Below are positions 1 to 12,196 of a DNA stretch of 64,000 nucleotides, piece by piece; position 1 is the first letter of the stretch, and each line of letters starts with the position of its first letter. The translations under genes and the position numbers were made by a program. A model generated the notes under the pieces. The model did no database searches and had not been told where the DNA came from. It saw nothing but the letters and a program-made list of their open reading frames with translations. Source of the DNA: Azolla caroliniana (taxonomy: Eukaryota; Plantae; Polypodiophyta); contig JBHGNT010000013.1 in assembly GCA_043228905.1 (NCBI GenBank), forward strand, positions 7,626,001 to 7,690,000, given 5' to 3'.

Positions 1-641
1 GGCCATGTCGTTGACAAGATTCTCATCTTCCTCTCATCATGTCTCCGGCATACCCTTTTGACTTTGGCCCAATCCTCGGTAAGACTGTTCGCACCGTCAT
101 AATCTTCGAGCTCGATCCCGATGTCCATCCTTTCTTTCCGATCAATCAATCTTACGAACATTAGGACTTTATCCTCCTCCACCAATCTTTGTTCCCGCTC
201 CGAGAGTCGAGCAAAACGATGCTCGAACTCTCGGAATGCTTGTGTTGCACTTCAGTGGGTCTTCTCCGATGCCACCCATTCGTCGAATTCTCGCCGATCT
301 TGTCCCTTCGATCTCTTGTAATCATATGCCTCTCGTAAAGCTTCTTTGAATGGCCCCCATGTCAAGTTTTGTTGCCGTATCTTATGGATTCTCTCTTGTA
401 GCTCATCCGTGGCAATCCGATTGAAGGATGTCACTTGCAATCCTTCCGGTATCCCACATCGCATCATCTCCGCCTTGTAGTCACGTAGATAGCGTGAGAC
501 ATCGTTTCCGTTGAATTGTCCGTTTCGTTGTACGAGCCACTTTACTGCCGCCGTGATCTCAGACATCGCTCGTTGTTCTTGTAGCATCCGCTCGAACATC
601 ATCACCATTGTTATGCTCATCGCCTCTTGTTGATTCTCCAT
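1..641 (-). pseudogene. retrotransposon gag with a premature stop at 252-254
   Basis: ORF 252..662 (ATG at 641) lies directly after the PBS and aligns by eye with the gag of the 18987-22339 element. Confidence 0.7.
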
Positions 642-657
642 CTCCTTGCCACCGGCC

Positions 658-675
658 TTCACGTCGGGTTCACCA
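658..675 (-). promoter_or_regulatory. primer binding site complementary to the tRNA-Trp 3' end
   Basis: Plus strand reads TTCACGTCGGGTTCACCA, the 3' 18 nt of plant cytosolic tRNA-Trp(CCA) as I recall it. It sits 4 nt from the LTR edge. Confidence 0.8.
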
Positions 676-1258
676 CTTGTGTCGTGCCTTTCGGCGTCAG
701 ATCGTTTGCGTGAGTCGGGTGGAAAACGCTGGGGTTTTGGACTAGGAAGAGGAGAGTTTTAAGGCTAATAAGAATATAAATATGTTGTAAGAAAGAGTTA
801 TAGCAAACTCGTGAATCCCACGAGTGTATTGTATTAGATTAATCAATATGAATATAAGAATATAAATTTGGGTTGAAAGAGAATGATATAGAATCCTCGT
901 GAATCCCACGAGTATAGTTTATTAATTGGTGTTTTTTAGAAACATATCCAGTTTCCAAGTATTTCACACACCTTTTACATTGTGCTCCTCATCCTTATAT
1001 AGAGATGAGAGAGTCTTTTCCAACCCATGCGTTTTGTCTAACTATAGACTCCATGCTTTTTCTATAGATAGACTATATGCTTTATCTAAAGTGATCATGC
1101 TTTTTCTAACTTGTGCATTTTTTATAAACTATAGCGTTCATACACGCTAGATATGCATGCACAACTTTTTCTTTTAGCATGCGTTTTTTTCTTTTAACTA
1201 AAGTTTATCCTATGTGAACTTAACTTTCTATGTGGGACATCTACTTTTTAACACTAAT

Positions 1259-1330
1259 GAAATGCTAGTGTAATGGTAAGACATTACATTATTAATATGG
1301 ACGTGCAAGGTTTGAATCTTGCCCTATGCA
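1259..1330 (+). other. degenerate tRNA-like (Pol III A/B box) module inside the LTR U3
   Basis: A box TAGTGTAATGG at 1266, T-arm-like GCAAGGTTTGAATCTTGC, 3' end CCCTATGCA, tRNA-like spacing. Confidence 0.55.
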
Positions 1331-1770
1331 TGTTATATATATTTTAATATTTTCTACTATTTATTCATATTTATTAAATCGGTACTTTATAAGTTTTTCA
1401 CGTAGTGTACGAAATACACTACGACAACGTTTGATCCGTTGGACACCAATCAAGCCACGGTTGTTCTCCTTTTTTTAGAGGTAAGGGACCTTGCATCAAT
1501 GCAATATTTTTACTCATTTTAACATGGCTCTACAAAACTCCTATGCTCAAATAACATCAGGAAACATGAGCAATATCGGCAATGAAGAAATCCAAGTCCT
1601 GTTGACAACAGCTAATATATTATGAAAGATAAGTACAAGTGGTTGAGAGGCATAAACACTTTGGAAGAAAGACGAAATATATCAATTCATTTCTCAATCA
1701 TCAAAATTAATAGTGAACTCCAAGTGGATGTTTTTCAGTTTTCTGGTACAATGTATTGATAGGGTGACTT

Positions 1771-4700
1771 TCAAGCATTAAATAGAGAGACCTCCCCTAA
1801 TATGTGCTCATGAACCTCTTGGGGGACCTTGTAGACAGTGTTGTATCCCTTAACCTTGTGCTTTGCTTGAGTCATATTGAATTTGATCGCAAGAATGGCA
1901 TCAACGTAGATTATTGCGATGGGTGCTTCTTTTAGTAATGCATATGTGTTCTTGCACTGCGGCAACTTTGCATAATAGTTTCCATACACAACAGACTCAC
2001 CAACATTGAAATTGTTGCCCCAACTATCCCTCACCACTTCTTTCAATAATGTCTTTCCTTGCTTGCACACCACAATGTAGTAGTCTTCTAAATCTTCATT
2101 CTGAGGATATTTGAGCACTGCAAAATGATCTCCAACTTCCAATAAAACTGCCAAGTCTTGATTTTGGTTGTAGTATACAATATCTTTTGAATGCACATCC
2201 TCTTCAATATCATCTTGTCATTCAGGCTCAAGCTTCTGCAACTTCCAGGGCTCCACGATTGATAGGTTGATGCATTTATCCCAAGCTTCATCTAGACACA
2301 TGGAACAAAAGCATGATAAACTACGGAGTAACAATTGGGTTGTGTCCTTGCGGCTAAACCCTAACACACAATGGGTGTTGCGTGTGCCTTTCACGGTTTT
2401 ACAACCATATGATTTAGTTCTATCGACCTCATCAGCGCGAACTTCAACAAACAATCTGTTCTTACCATCATTTGACATCTTCCATGTTAGCCACTGCACA
2501 ACATCATGTGCATTTTGTAACTTAGCGCCATTATTATCCAACTGCTCACTTGTAAGGGCACGTTTGATCACAGCCCCCGCGCCATCATGCTCTCCTTTTC
2601 CATGTCCAGACCCGAAGTAATTCCATTGCATAGGAATATTGAATAAGGAGAAATACCTGCTTTGGTATCTCAGGTTTCCAACAAAATTAGTACTATGTTG
2701 TCAATTGAGAGTACTACACTTCCATTAATACTGATTTAGTACAAATACAAAACAAAGCATAGCACAACGTATCCATTGAGAACACTCTACACTTATTACA
2801 AGATAAATAGTACTATGTTGTCGACCAACAGTACCTGGCATCCATTTAATACTAACTTAGTATGGATATAGCACAAAGTATAGTACAATGAGTTCATGGA
2901 AAACACTCTACATGTATTAACAGATAAATAGTACAAAATGTTCAATATTGGATAGTACAATACAATGTGTCCACGGAGAACACAACCCTCCTTAGAAGAT
3001 CATTAGTACTACAAGACATGTACTTTACATCCCCCAATAAACACTGATTTAGTATAGATACAACACATAGTACAATACAGTGTGTTCATGGAGAACGCTG
3101 AACATTGATTAATAGATAATCAGTACCACACAGTGTGTTAAAAAGATGAGTACAAGATGAGTACAATACTATGAGTACAACATGAGTAAATACTGATTTA
3201 GTACAATTCTCTTAAGGACGGACAATACTATGAGTACAAGATGAGTACTTTACATCCTCCTGTAAACACAACATAGTACAGATACAACACACAACATAGT
3301 ACAATGTGTCTATGGAGAACCCTTCACATGGATAAAAAGATAATTAGTACAATTCTCTTAAGGACGGACAATACTATGAGTACAAGATGAGTACTTTACA
3401 TCCTTCTGTAAACACAACATAGTACAATGTGTTAATGGAGAACACTTCACATGGATTAAAAGTTACTTAGTACAACATAATACAAACAAAATTAGTATGC
3501 ATGCATCCATTCACAAGTGCAAGATTCGAATAGTTACAAACATAATTAGTATGCATCCATGTGAATAGTACTGTTTGTTAATAGTTACAAACATAATTAG
3601 TATGCATCCACTAACACAAGAATTACTTCCTTACACATTGCATGATAAGTACTAAACATATGGATTAAAAATTACCTGGCGATAAAGTAGAACGATCGTG
3701 CCGCCTTAAACTGCGAGGCAGCACCATCAGAGCAAACCCAATGACGGTTAAAGGTTAACCCTAGAGAAAATAAATCAGCATGGTGAAGCTTAAAACAATG
3801 TTGAACAAATAGTGTATCATGCTTTTTATCATCTGAAATGTAAAATATTGATTTCTTATGTAACTCACCGTCTTGCCTCCAATAGCAAATATGTACAAGT
3901 ATTGTACATTGATCATTGTAGCAATGCATTGATTGAACCTCATTTTGAACTTTAAATGTATAGTTTTCTGCAAAATCAATAACGGATACGATGACACCCG
4001 TTGGTAAGTTATTAATACATTCCTTGAACTGTGAATTTTGCCAATAACTCCAGAAGTTATGTGGAATAAACTCCCCAAGTTGTTTCTTAAATTCTGAGAC
4101 AAGGGTAGCAGCACATGTCTCCTTATATACTTCCTTGATACGCTTAGTTACAACTCCCTTGCCAATATTTTCAGTCACATACTCCAAATATTTCCATTTC
4201 ACGATATGACTATTTCCCATATCAAGCTTCTGCCTACAAAATAATGGTAGCGGACAAACCTTACATGTTCTTAATAGACATGTACGACGATGCCACTCAC
4301 ATGATGGTTCTTTTTCACAAACACAAGACCTCCATAGCTTAGAAACGGATGCATAAGTCATGTTTCGTGCATTACACCTATTATCCTCCCCATTTGGTCT
4401 ACAAATCTCACAAGTGCAGACACATAATTCCCCGTGTATACCCTTAGAATCAGTACGCATTGCATTCACTGCTAGCCTTAACATGTCCATCTTCACATGG
4501 TACACACAACAACATGTATTCCTCTCATTTAATTTTCTAACATAAAATGGTTTCAAACCTTGGAACTTGCGGAATCCAACAATCAAGCTTGGATGTTGGT
4601 CTTTAAAGTTCATGTACAATTCAGCCTACATCAACCAATATATATAGCAAACATTAATATACACTTGGTCAAAACACAAAGTTATGGAATGTGAATTGAT

Positions 4701-5323
4701 ATAAAAAAATGGAATACCTTTGTCATCTCCAAGAAGTGTCTAGGGTGAATCTGGTACTTACCCTGACTTATTCGTTGTCTACACACGTCCTTCTTATTTG
4801 GTGAGACACGCGTATTTTTGGCCCAAAATGAATCCACTTTCTCAATAATCTCTTGAGATAAGGCATCACATCGTCGTCTACGTCCCGACCCCAGCCACTT
4901 GAATTTGCTTGAGTGTATATTTCGACGATGTTTCCTCAAGTTCCTTCTTTGAATACCCAGGGCTAAGGCAACTTTAGTATCACTATATTTTTTTTCTCTC
5001 GCACCGTTCACAACCATGTGTAGGGTTGCCCTCTTTGCAGCCAGTTTGTCTAAGCTCTCTACACCTTTCACTAAGTCTAGGGATGACTTCATAGACTCCA
5101 CAATCTCTTCTGAAACACATTGGTCCCTAAATTTTATTCTCTCCATGTCTTCATTCAAACTTTGATGGTGTAACACTCTACAGATAATATCCCTACGATC
5201 CTCTTCACTAAATCTCTTCGTTATTTCTACCAAATAATGGACTATGTGAAGAACCACTCGTCTCTTAGTCCTTTCAGATATGCATGAGTTACTTGACAAC
5301 TCACTCTCGTTAGGAACCCCCAT
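1771..5323 (-). pseudogene. Sola2-like DDD transposase, 3 coding exons (5323-4718, 4625-3676, 2656-1771), one premature TGA at 2218-2220
   Basis: Motifs DFAENY..QNEVQSMH, ISDDKKHD, SDGAASQFK, WNYFGSGHGKGEHDGAG and Cys clusters. GT-AG introns 4626-4717 and 2657-3675 both splice in frame. The frame continues past the TGA (EPE*QDDIEEDVHSK). Confidence 0.7.
2680..3660. repeat. AGTAC-rich degenerate tandem repeats filling the 1019-bp transposase intron
   Basis: Recurrent ACTGATTTAGTA and GAGAACAC units; near-exact duplication starting at 3198 and 3344 (period 146). Confidence 0.75.
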
Positions 5324-5556
5324 TCGGTCACTAGATTTATCCACAAAAATTAAGTGGCTTGCGAAAGTAGTTAATGTTATATAGACTCAACCAAGAAAAC
5401 ACAATCAAATGTTTTTAAATGTGGCCTGCAAAGTGAGAAATATTTTGTTTCAAACACTAGAATTACATATCAAATATGACAAATGTCAATTCTAAAAATT
5501 TAGTACTGAAATATGAAGAAATGAAACATTTTAGTACTGAAAATAAAAAAATGGAT

Positions 5557-5855
5557 GGAAGGAACCTCCAATGGTGGAGGGAGCGTTGGATATGCCGCCT
5601 CGATTTGGTGGAAGGAACCTCCAATGGTGGAGGGACCGTGGATATGCAGCCTCGATTTGGTGGAAGGAACCTCCAATGGTGGAGGGAGCGTTGGATATGC
5701 CGCCTCGATTTGGTGGAAGGAACCTCCAATGGTGGAGGGACCGTGGATATGCAGCCTCGATTTGGTGGAAGGAACCTCCAATGGTGGAGGGAGCGTTGGA
5801 TATGCCACCTCGATTTGGTGGAAGGAACCTCCAATGCCACCTCGATTTGGTGGAA
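5557..5855. repeat. minisatellite of alternating 53/52-bp units (105-bp higher-order repeat)
   Basis: GGAAGGAACCTCCAATGGTGGAGGGA(GCGTT|CCGT)GGATATGC(C|A)GCCTCGATTTGGT, 5 copies plus a partial one. Confidence 0.95.
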
Positions 5856-6059
5856 AAAGCCCCAAATCACCACGACATCAACTACAATCGGTGGAAGTAA
5901 GAAAGTCGTTGTCGAAGAAGTGACTATTGGCTGCTACCTAAACCCTCAGAACAGTCTCTATACCTCAACCTAAACCTAACAAAAACAGAAACCCTAAAAA
6001 AATCAAAAATCCTCAACTCAAACTCTCCAACCAGACATGGATGTCTGAGATTTAGATTG

Positions 6060-9000
6060 TGTTGTAAATCGGTGCTCGGCCACAACCGAGGAATAGGATC
6101 AACTCACAGAAAAACAGGAAATACAAAATGCACGAGTACAATAAAGAGAAGAGTACACTGGATGTTTTACGTGGAAAACCCTAAATGGGAAAAACCACGG
6201 GAGTCCTCGAACTCCAACTATCACTATAAACAGAGGTGTCCAATGGTGAAGCTACAAGGCAACAACCTTGAGCCCACTGTCTTCGCCACAGGCGGCGGTA
6301 ATACACAGAGGCAACGACCTCGTCGTCGCCTCTCTCTCTCTCTCTCTCTCTCTCGGCTGCTCTCTTCACTCCCTCTCTGAGTGAAAACAGAAAAAAATGA
6401 GCAACAACATAAAACTGTTTGCCCTAAGTCATACTTATACACATATGACTTTCGGGCTATTTACAAATATAGCCTCAAGGGCCCTTGGCAAACATATTCA
6501 CAAATATGTCCCCGCATCCGGATCTCTCTCCGGGTACATTCGTCATCCGGCTCCGTAACCGGGGTCTTCATCATCCGGATCCGTATCCGGGTACTCTTCA
6601 TCCGGCTTCATGCCGGGTACTCTTCATCATCCGGTTCCGTAACCGCAACCGGGCTTGCCGTCATTCATCTCCGGACATCCCATCCGGAGGGACCGAAATC
6701 CCAACAAACTCCCCCTTCACTTCGGCATGGGATGTCTCTCCAATCCGACTCTCTTCCGGCACGCTCCCAGCTTGTCGGGTGTGAGCACTTTGGTCAGCAT
6801 ATCTGACCCGTTCTCTTCCGTGTGGATCTTCGTCAGCACGAACTCTTGGTCTTCTATCCTTTCCCGGATCCAGTGATATCTTCGCTGGATGTGCTTCGTC
6901 CGGGAGTGATAGGCCGCGTTCTTCGCAAGGTGGATGGCACTCTGACTGTCGCAGTAGAGTCGGTACTCCTCTTGCCGGATACCGAGCTCTCTAATGAAGT
7001 CCTTCATCCATATTATTTCCTTGCCGGCTTCAACAGCCGCCATGTACTCCACCTCCGTGGTTGACAACGCAACCGTCTTCTGCAGCCTCGACTGCCACGA
7101 AACAGCTCCCCCTGCATACGTCATCACATACCCTGATGTGGACCGGCTGGTATCTGCATCAGCCGACATATCCGAATCAGTAAAGCCGTCGAGTTCGGGC
7201 TTACCGGAGCCGAATCGGAGGCACACGTTTGCCGTGCCCTTCAGGTATCGGAGTATCCACTTGACCGCGTTCTAGTGCTCTTTGCCGGGATTGCTCATGT
7301 ATCGGCTCACCACTCCAACTGCATATCCTATGTCCGGTCTTGTACACACCATTGCGTACATCAAGCTTCCAACGACAGAGGCATATGGTACTTTCATCAT
7401 GTCCTCCTTCTCAGCCTTTGTCTTGGGGCTTTGCTTGCTGGACAACTTGCAGTTTGCCGGGAGGGTTGACCCGACCGGTCTTGCTTCCGACATGTTGAAC
7501 CGGTGAAGCACCTTTGTCACGTACTTCTCCTGTGACAGCCACAACTGCTTCTTCTTCCGGTCCCGGATGATGTGCATCCCTAGTATTTGCCTCGCCGGAC
7601 CCAGGTCCTTCATTGAGAAGGTTTGGTGAAGCGCTTTCTTCAGCGTCCGTATCTTGACCTGGTCCCGTCCGACGATCAACATGTCGTCCACGTATAGGAG
7701 GAGTATTAGAGAGTCTCCTCCTTCGAACTTCTTCACAAACACGCAGTGATCGGACTGCGTTTTGTGGTACCCTTCGTCAGTCATGAAGGAGTCGAACTTC
7801 CGGTACCATTGCCGGGGAGCCTGCTTCAGTCCGTAAACACTCTTCTTCAACCGGCAAACCAGGTGCTCCTTCCCTTTCTTCTCGAATCCTTCCGGTTGCT
7901 GCATGTAGATCTCTTCTTCGAGGTCACCGTGAAGGAATGTCGTCTTCACGTCCATCTGTTCTACCTCGAGGTCCATGCTTGCCGCTATGCTCAGCACCGT
8001 CCGGATGGAGGTCATCTTCACTATCGGGGCAAATATCTCGTCGAAGTCGACGCCCTTCTTCTGCTGGAACCCCTTCACCACGATCCTGGCTTTGTATCTC
8101 GGGGGGTTTCCGGCATCTCCCGGTTTCAGCTTGAACACCCACTTGTTTCGAAGTGCCCGCTTTCCTTTCGGCAACTCCACAAGTTCATATGTGTGGTTCT
8201 CATGCAGGGAATCCATCTCCTCCTGCATGGCACTTAACCACCTGCGGCTATGGGTGTCAAGTTTTGCTTCTTCAAAGCTCTCCGGCTCCCCTTCGTCGGT
8301 TAGCAGCACGTGCTCTGGTTCCGGAAATCTCCGGGGGGCCCTTCTCTCTCTTAGAGGATATCTCCGTTCCGGAGCTTCGGTAACCGGCTCCTCCGTTTCC
8401 TCTTCATCCGAATCCATTTCGGGATCGGGGCCGGTTCCGGTATCAGTTTCATCTTCCTCGGCCGGTTCTGTTTCTTCACCGTCTTCGGCCGGATCCTCGA
8501 GTGCTAACCGGTCCCTTGCCGGTCGGGACTGCTCTTCGTAGAGTTGATCCTCGCCGGTCGACTTGGAGCTCTTCATCTTCTTCTCCGACTCCCAGTCGGC
8601 GAGTGTCTTGTCCTCCATGAAGATGATATCTCGACTCCTGAATATCTTCTTGTCGACCGGGTCCCATACTCGGTAGCCGAACTCGTCGTCGCCGTAACCG
8701 AGGAATATGCATGGCCGGGTCTTTGGATCTAGCTTTGCTCTCCGGTCCTTTGCCACATGCACATATGCGAGACACCCGAACACCTTCAGATGCCGGTAGG
8801 ATACTTCCCTATCGGTCCACACTCTCTGCAGCGTGTCTCCGTCCAAAGGTACTGAGGGTGATCTGTTTATCACGTATGTCGCCGTCGACATTGCCTCAGC
8901 CCAAAACCCCTTGGGTAATTTCGCATGCGCCAGCATACTCCGGACCCTCTCCATTATGGTCCGGTTCATCCTCTCGGCCAGCCCGTTCAGTTCCGGCGTC

Positions 9001-11467
9001 TTCGGCACAGTAAACTCAAGCCGGATTCCCTTCGAGCGACAGTACTCCGCGAACTGCCCCCGGTATTCCCCTCCGTTATCCGCTCGTATCGCTTTCAGCT
9101 TCTTGCCGGATTCCCTTTCCACTCTCGCGTGGAGTTCTTTGAAGATGCACAACACTTGGTCCTTTGTCTTCAACGGTGCCGTCCACAGCTTCCGGTTGTG
9201 GTCATCAATGAATGTTACGAAGTACTGGGCTCCGCCATGTGACTTCGTTTCTACTTGACACACGTCAGTGTGCACCAACTCCAATGGTGCGCTACGTCTC
9301 GTCGGTGGCCTTGAGTGGAAGGAGGCTCGGTTCTGCTTACCGGCCAGGCAATCGGTGCACTTCTCCAGATGCACATGCTTCACTGGAATAAGGTTGTCTT
9401 CTGCAAGCCTCTTCATCCCCTTCTCGCTCATGTGGCACAGTCTCTTGTGCCACAGCTCACCGGCAGTGTCAGCTGCCACGTTCAGCTCCTCCGGACATAG
9501 CCGGGAATTCATCAGGTACAGTGTGTTGACTTTCCGGGCCCGAGCCACTATCAGGCTCCCTTTGCTGAACTTCATGACACCGTTCCGGATGCTACCCGTG
9601 TAGCCTTCATCGTCTAGCCTCCCGGCCGAAATCAGGTTCAATCGAACCTCCGGCACGTGTCGAACATGCTTCAGCAGCATCTTGCATCCGGTTGATGTTA
9701 TCAGCCACACATCTCCTATGCCGGTAATCCGGCATGTACCTTCATTTCCCATCCGGACACAGCCGTGCTCACCGGCTGTGTAGGATGAGAAGTATTTCTT
9801 CTCCGGGGTCAGGTGGAACGACGCTCCGGAATCGACCACCCAGGTCATCTCTTCATCGGCAAGGTTCAGCTCCCTCTCTTCGGTAATGAGCATTATCTCT
9901 TCTTCACTTGCCGCGAGTGCCGTCGTTCCTTTCCGGTCCTGCCCTCGCCGATCCGGACCTCTCCGGTCCGTGGCTCCCCGGTATGCACCGTTTCGCTCCG
10001 GTGACTTCTTCGAATCGGTGTCGTCGGCTCCGTTGTCTTTTCGGTAATGCCGACAGTTCTTCCGGAAGTGCCCCGGCTTCCCACAGTGGAAGCATGTGGG
10101 CCTTCCTCTTGACTGCGAACGGGTCCCCGACTTCTCCCGTCTTTGCGGACTCCGGTTCCGTTGTCTTCCCCGTTCCGATTCGGTAAGCAGCGCCTTCGAG
10201 TCGGAGGCCGGTTCTTTATCTCTCCGACGCGCTTCTTCGTTCAAAATACTTGTCTTTACCGTTTGTAGGGACAAGTTATCTTCGGTGCAGGAGGTGCTGA
10301 GAGTCACCACCAAGTTCTCCCAGCTGTCCGGCAATGTACACATCAGGATGATGGCTTGCATTGCATCCTCCAACGGGAACTTGATCGCCGCAAGCTGGTT
10401 CACGAATCCCATGAACGTGCTTACGTGTTCCACCATGCTCTCGCCGTCCCGGTACTTGAGGTTCACTATCTTTCTCATCAGGGAGGTCCGGTTCAACGCA
10501 TTCTTCCTCTCGTAGAGGCCCGACAGCTTCCGCCACATCTCATATGCGTTGGTGTCGTTCGCCACGTGTTGTAGAACGCTCACGTCGACGTATTGCCGAA
10601 TGGTTGCAATGGCTTTCCGGTTCAGAAGCCTCCATTCCGTCTCAAGTACCCCCTTGGGTATTTCCGACCTGTCAATCGGTTCATACAGGTCCCGAACAAT
10701 GAGCAGATCCTCCATCTTTATCTTCCAGTCGGCGTAGTTCTGCGCATTCAGCACCATCATCCCCGGCTGCCCGCTGCTGCCGCCTTCCATTTTCTGTGTT
10801 ACCGTCGCTCTGATACCAAATGTTGTAAATCGGTGCTCGGCCACAACCGAGGAATAGGATCAACTCACAGAAAAACAGGAAATACAAAATGCACGAGTAC
10901 AATAAAGAGAAGAGTACACTGGATGTTTTACGTGGAAAACCCTAAATGGGAAAAACCACGGGAGTCCTCGAACTCCAACTATCACTATAAACAGAGGTGT
11001 CCAATGGTGAAGCTACAAGGCAACAACCTTGAGCCCACTGTCTTCGCCACAGGCGGCGGTAATACACAGAGGCAACGACCTCGTCGTCGCCTCTCTCTCT
11101 CTCTCTCTCTCTCTCGGCTGCTCTCTTCACTCCCTCTCTGAGTGAAAACAGAAAAAAATGAGCAACAACATAAAACTGTTTGCCCTAAGTCATACTTATA
11201 CACATATGACTTTCGGGCTATTTACAAATATAGCCTCAAGGGCCCTTGGCAAACATATTCACAAATATGTCCCCGCATCCGGATCTCTCTCCGGGTACAT
11301 TCGTCATCCGGCTCCGTAACCGGGGTCTTCATCATCCGGATCCGTATCCGGGTACTCTTCATCCGGCTTCATGCCGGGTACTCTTCATCATCCGGTTCCG
11401 TAACCGCAACCGGGCTTGCCGTCATTCATCTCCGGACATCCCATCCGGAGGGACCGAAATCCCAACA
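6060..11467 (-). mobile_element. full-length Ty1/Copia (Tnt1/Tork-like, family A, copy 1)
   Basis: 647-bp LTRs 6060-6706 and 10821-11467 (TG..CA, identical by eye); TSD GATTG/GATTG; iMet PBS 10807-10818; PPT next to 6706; domain order gag-PR-INT-RT-RH. Confidence 0.98.
6717..10790 (-). pseudogene. Copia gag-pol polyprotein with TGG>TAG nonsense at 7272-7274
   Basis: CCHC knuckle, DSGAS protease, HTD..D..E integrase, YVDD RT, RNase H. The single in-frame stop replaces W of EHWNAVKW. Confidence 0.95.
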
Positions 11468-12196
11468 GATTGAAGGAAAATTAGAAACGTGACATGGATG
11501 TTTGTGATGAAAAGCTCAGAGGGATAGAGGAAGAGCAGTATGAGGGGAAGCGCCAAAACGATGTGAGGGGGAGCGCCAAAATCGACGTGAGGGGAAAATA
11601 GCCCCCAAAATGGAAGAACATCTCCTCACGTGTTCCCCCCACTCCTTCTACAGTAAATGACACTTGTACTACAGTCACCCCACTCTCCAAAATCGATTTT
11701 CTTTTTCTCTAATTTTTTTTCTGAATTATTCAATACTAACAGTATTGAAAGTACTGACAATTTTTGTGGCCAAAAACAGTACTTTTCTGGTACACCGTAG
11801 CGTGCTTCGACCCAGATGCATAAACGGCACCTACATCCCCTGGTCGACGATCTGCCCAACCGACACCAGGTTCTTTGTGATTGTCAGGACGTGAAGCACA
11901 TTCATAAGCTTCCCTTTTTGTTGAACATGACTCAAGGGGACTTCTTCGACATGCACTATCAAGTGAGGAGTGTCGTCTCTGGTTTTGACAACTCCCAGTT
12001 GCTCCAACTATTCTAGATACGAGAACCACTCTTCATGGCTCGTCATGTGACTAGACGCACCAGAGTCAATGTACCACATTTCCTCCAATTCGGAGGTGGT
12101 CTTCTTCTTTGAGTTCACCTTCTGCTTCATCATAAAGGTTGGCCCTTTACTGGTCTTTTCGATTCCGGATCCTTCCGACTCTTCTACGTAGTGCGA

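Larger units (their letters stand above)
1..1426 (-). mobile_element. 5' part of a Gypsy-type LTR retrotransposon (5' LTR 680-1426, tRNA-Trp PBS, gag), continuing off the left edge
   Basis: LTR has TGTCGT...ACGACA inverted termini. PBS at 658-675. Gag-like ORF (GQFNGNDVSRYLRDYKAEM...QVTSFNRI) is homologous to the gag at 21294-21824. Confidence 0.8.
1427..11809 (-). mobile_element. Sola2-like DNA transposon (boundaries approximate), interrupted by Copia 6060-11467
   Basis: Spliced DDD transposase. Sequence on both sides of the Copia is joined by the TSD GATTG. Right junction with Copia-B sequence is near 11810. No TIR pair identified. Confidence 0.5.

Noticed and set aside
5557-5855. CRISPR-like regular repeats
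   Set aside because: Units are contiguous with no unique spacers; eukaryotic context and no cas genes.
5463-5973. Several repetitive ORFs on both strands
   Set aside because: Products of the 105-bp minisatellite, which is a multiple of 3 and poor in stops.
6057-6806. ORFs repeated in each Copia A LTR, and antisense ORFs over pol
   Set aside because: Duplicated LTR sequence and shadow frames of GC-rich pol; no independent coding evidence.
7272-7274. Programmed stop read-through in Copia pol
   Set aside because: The paralog has TGG here and its own stop elsewhere (56071), so both are mutations.
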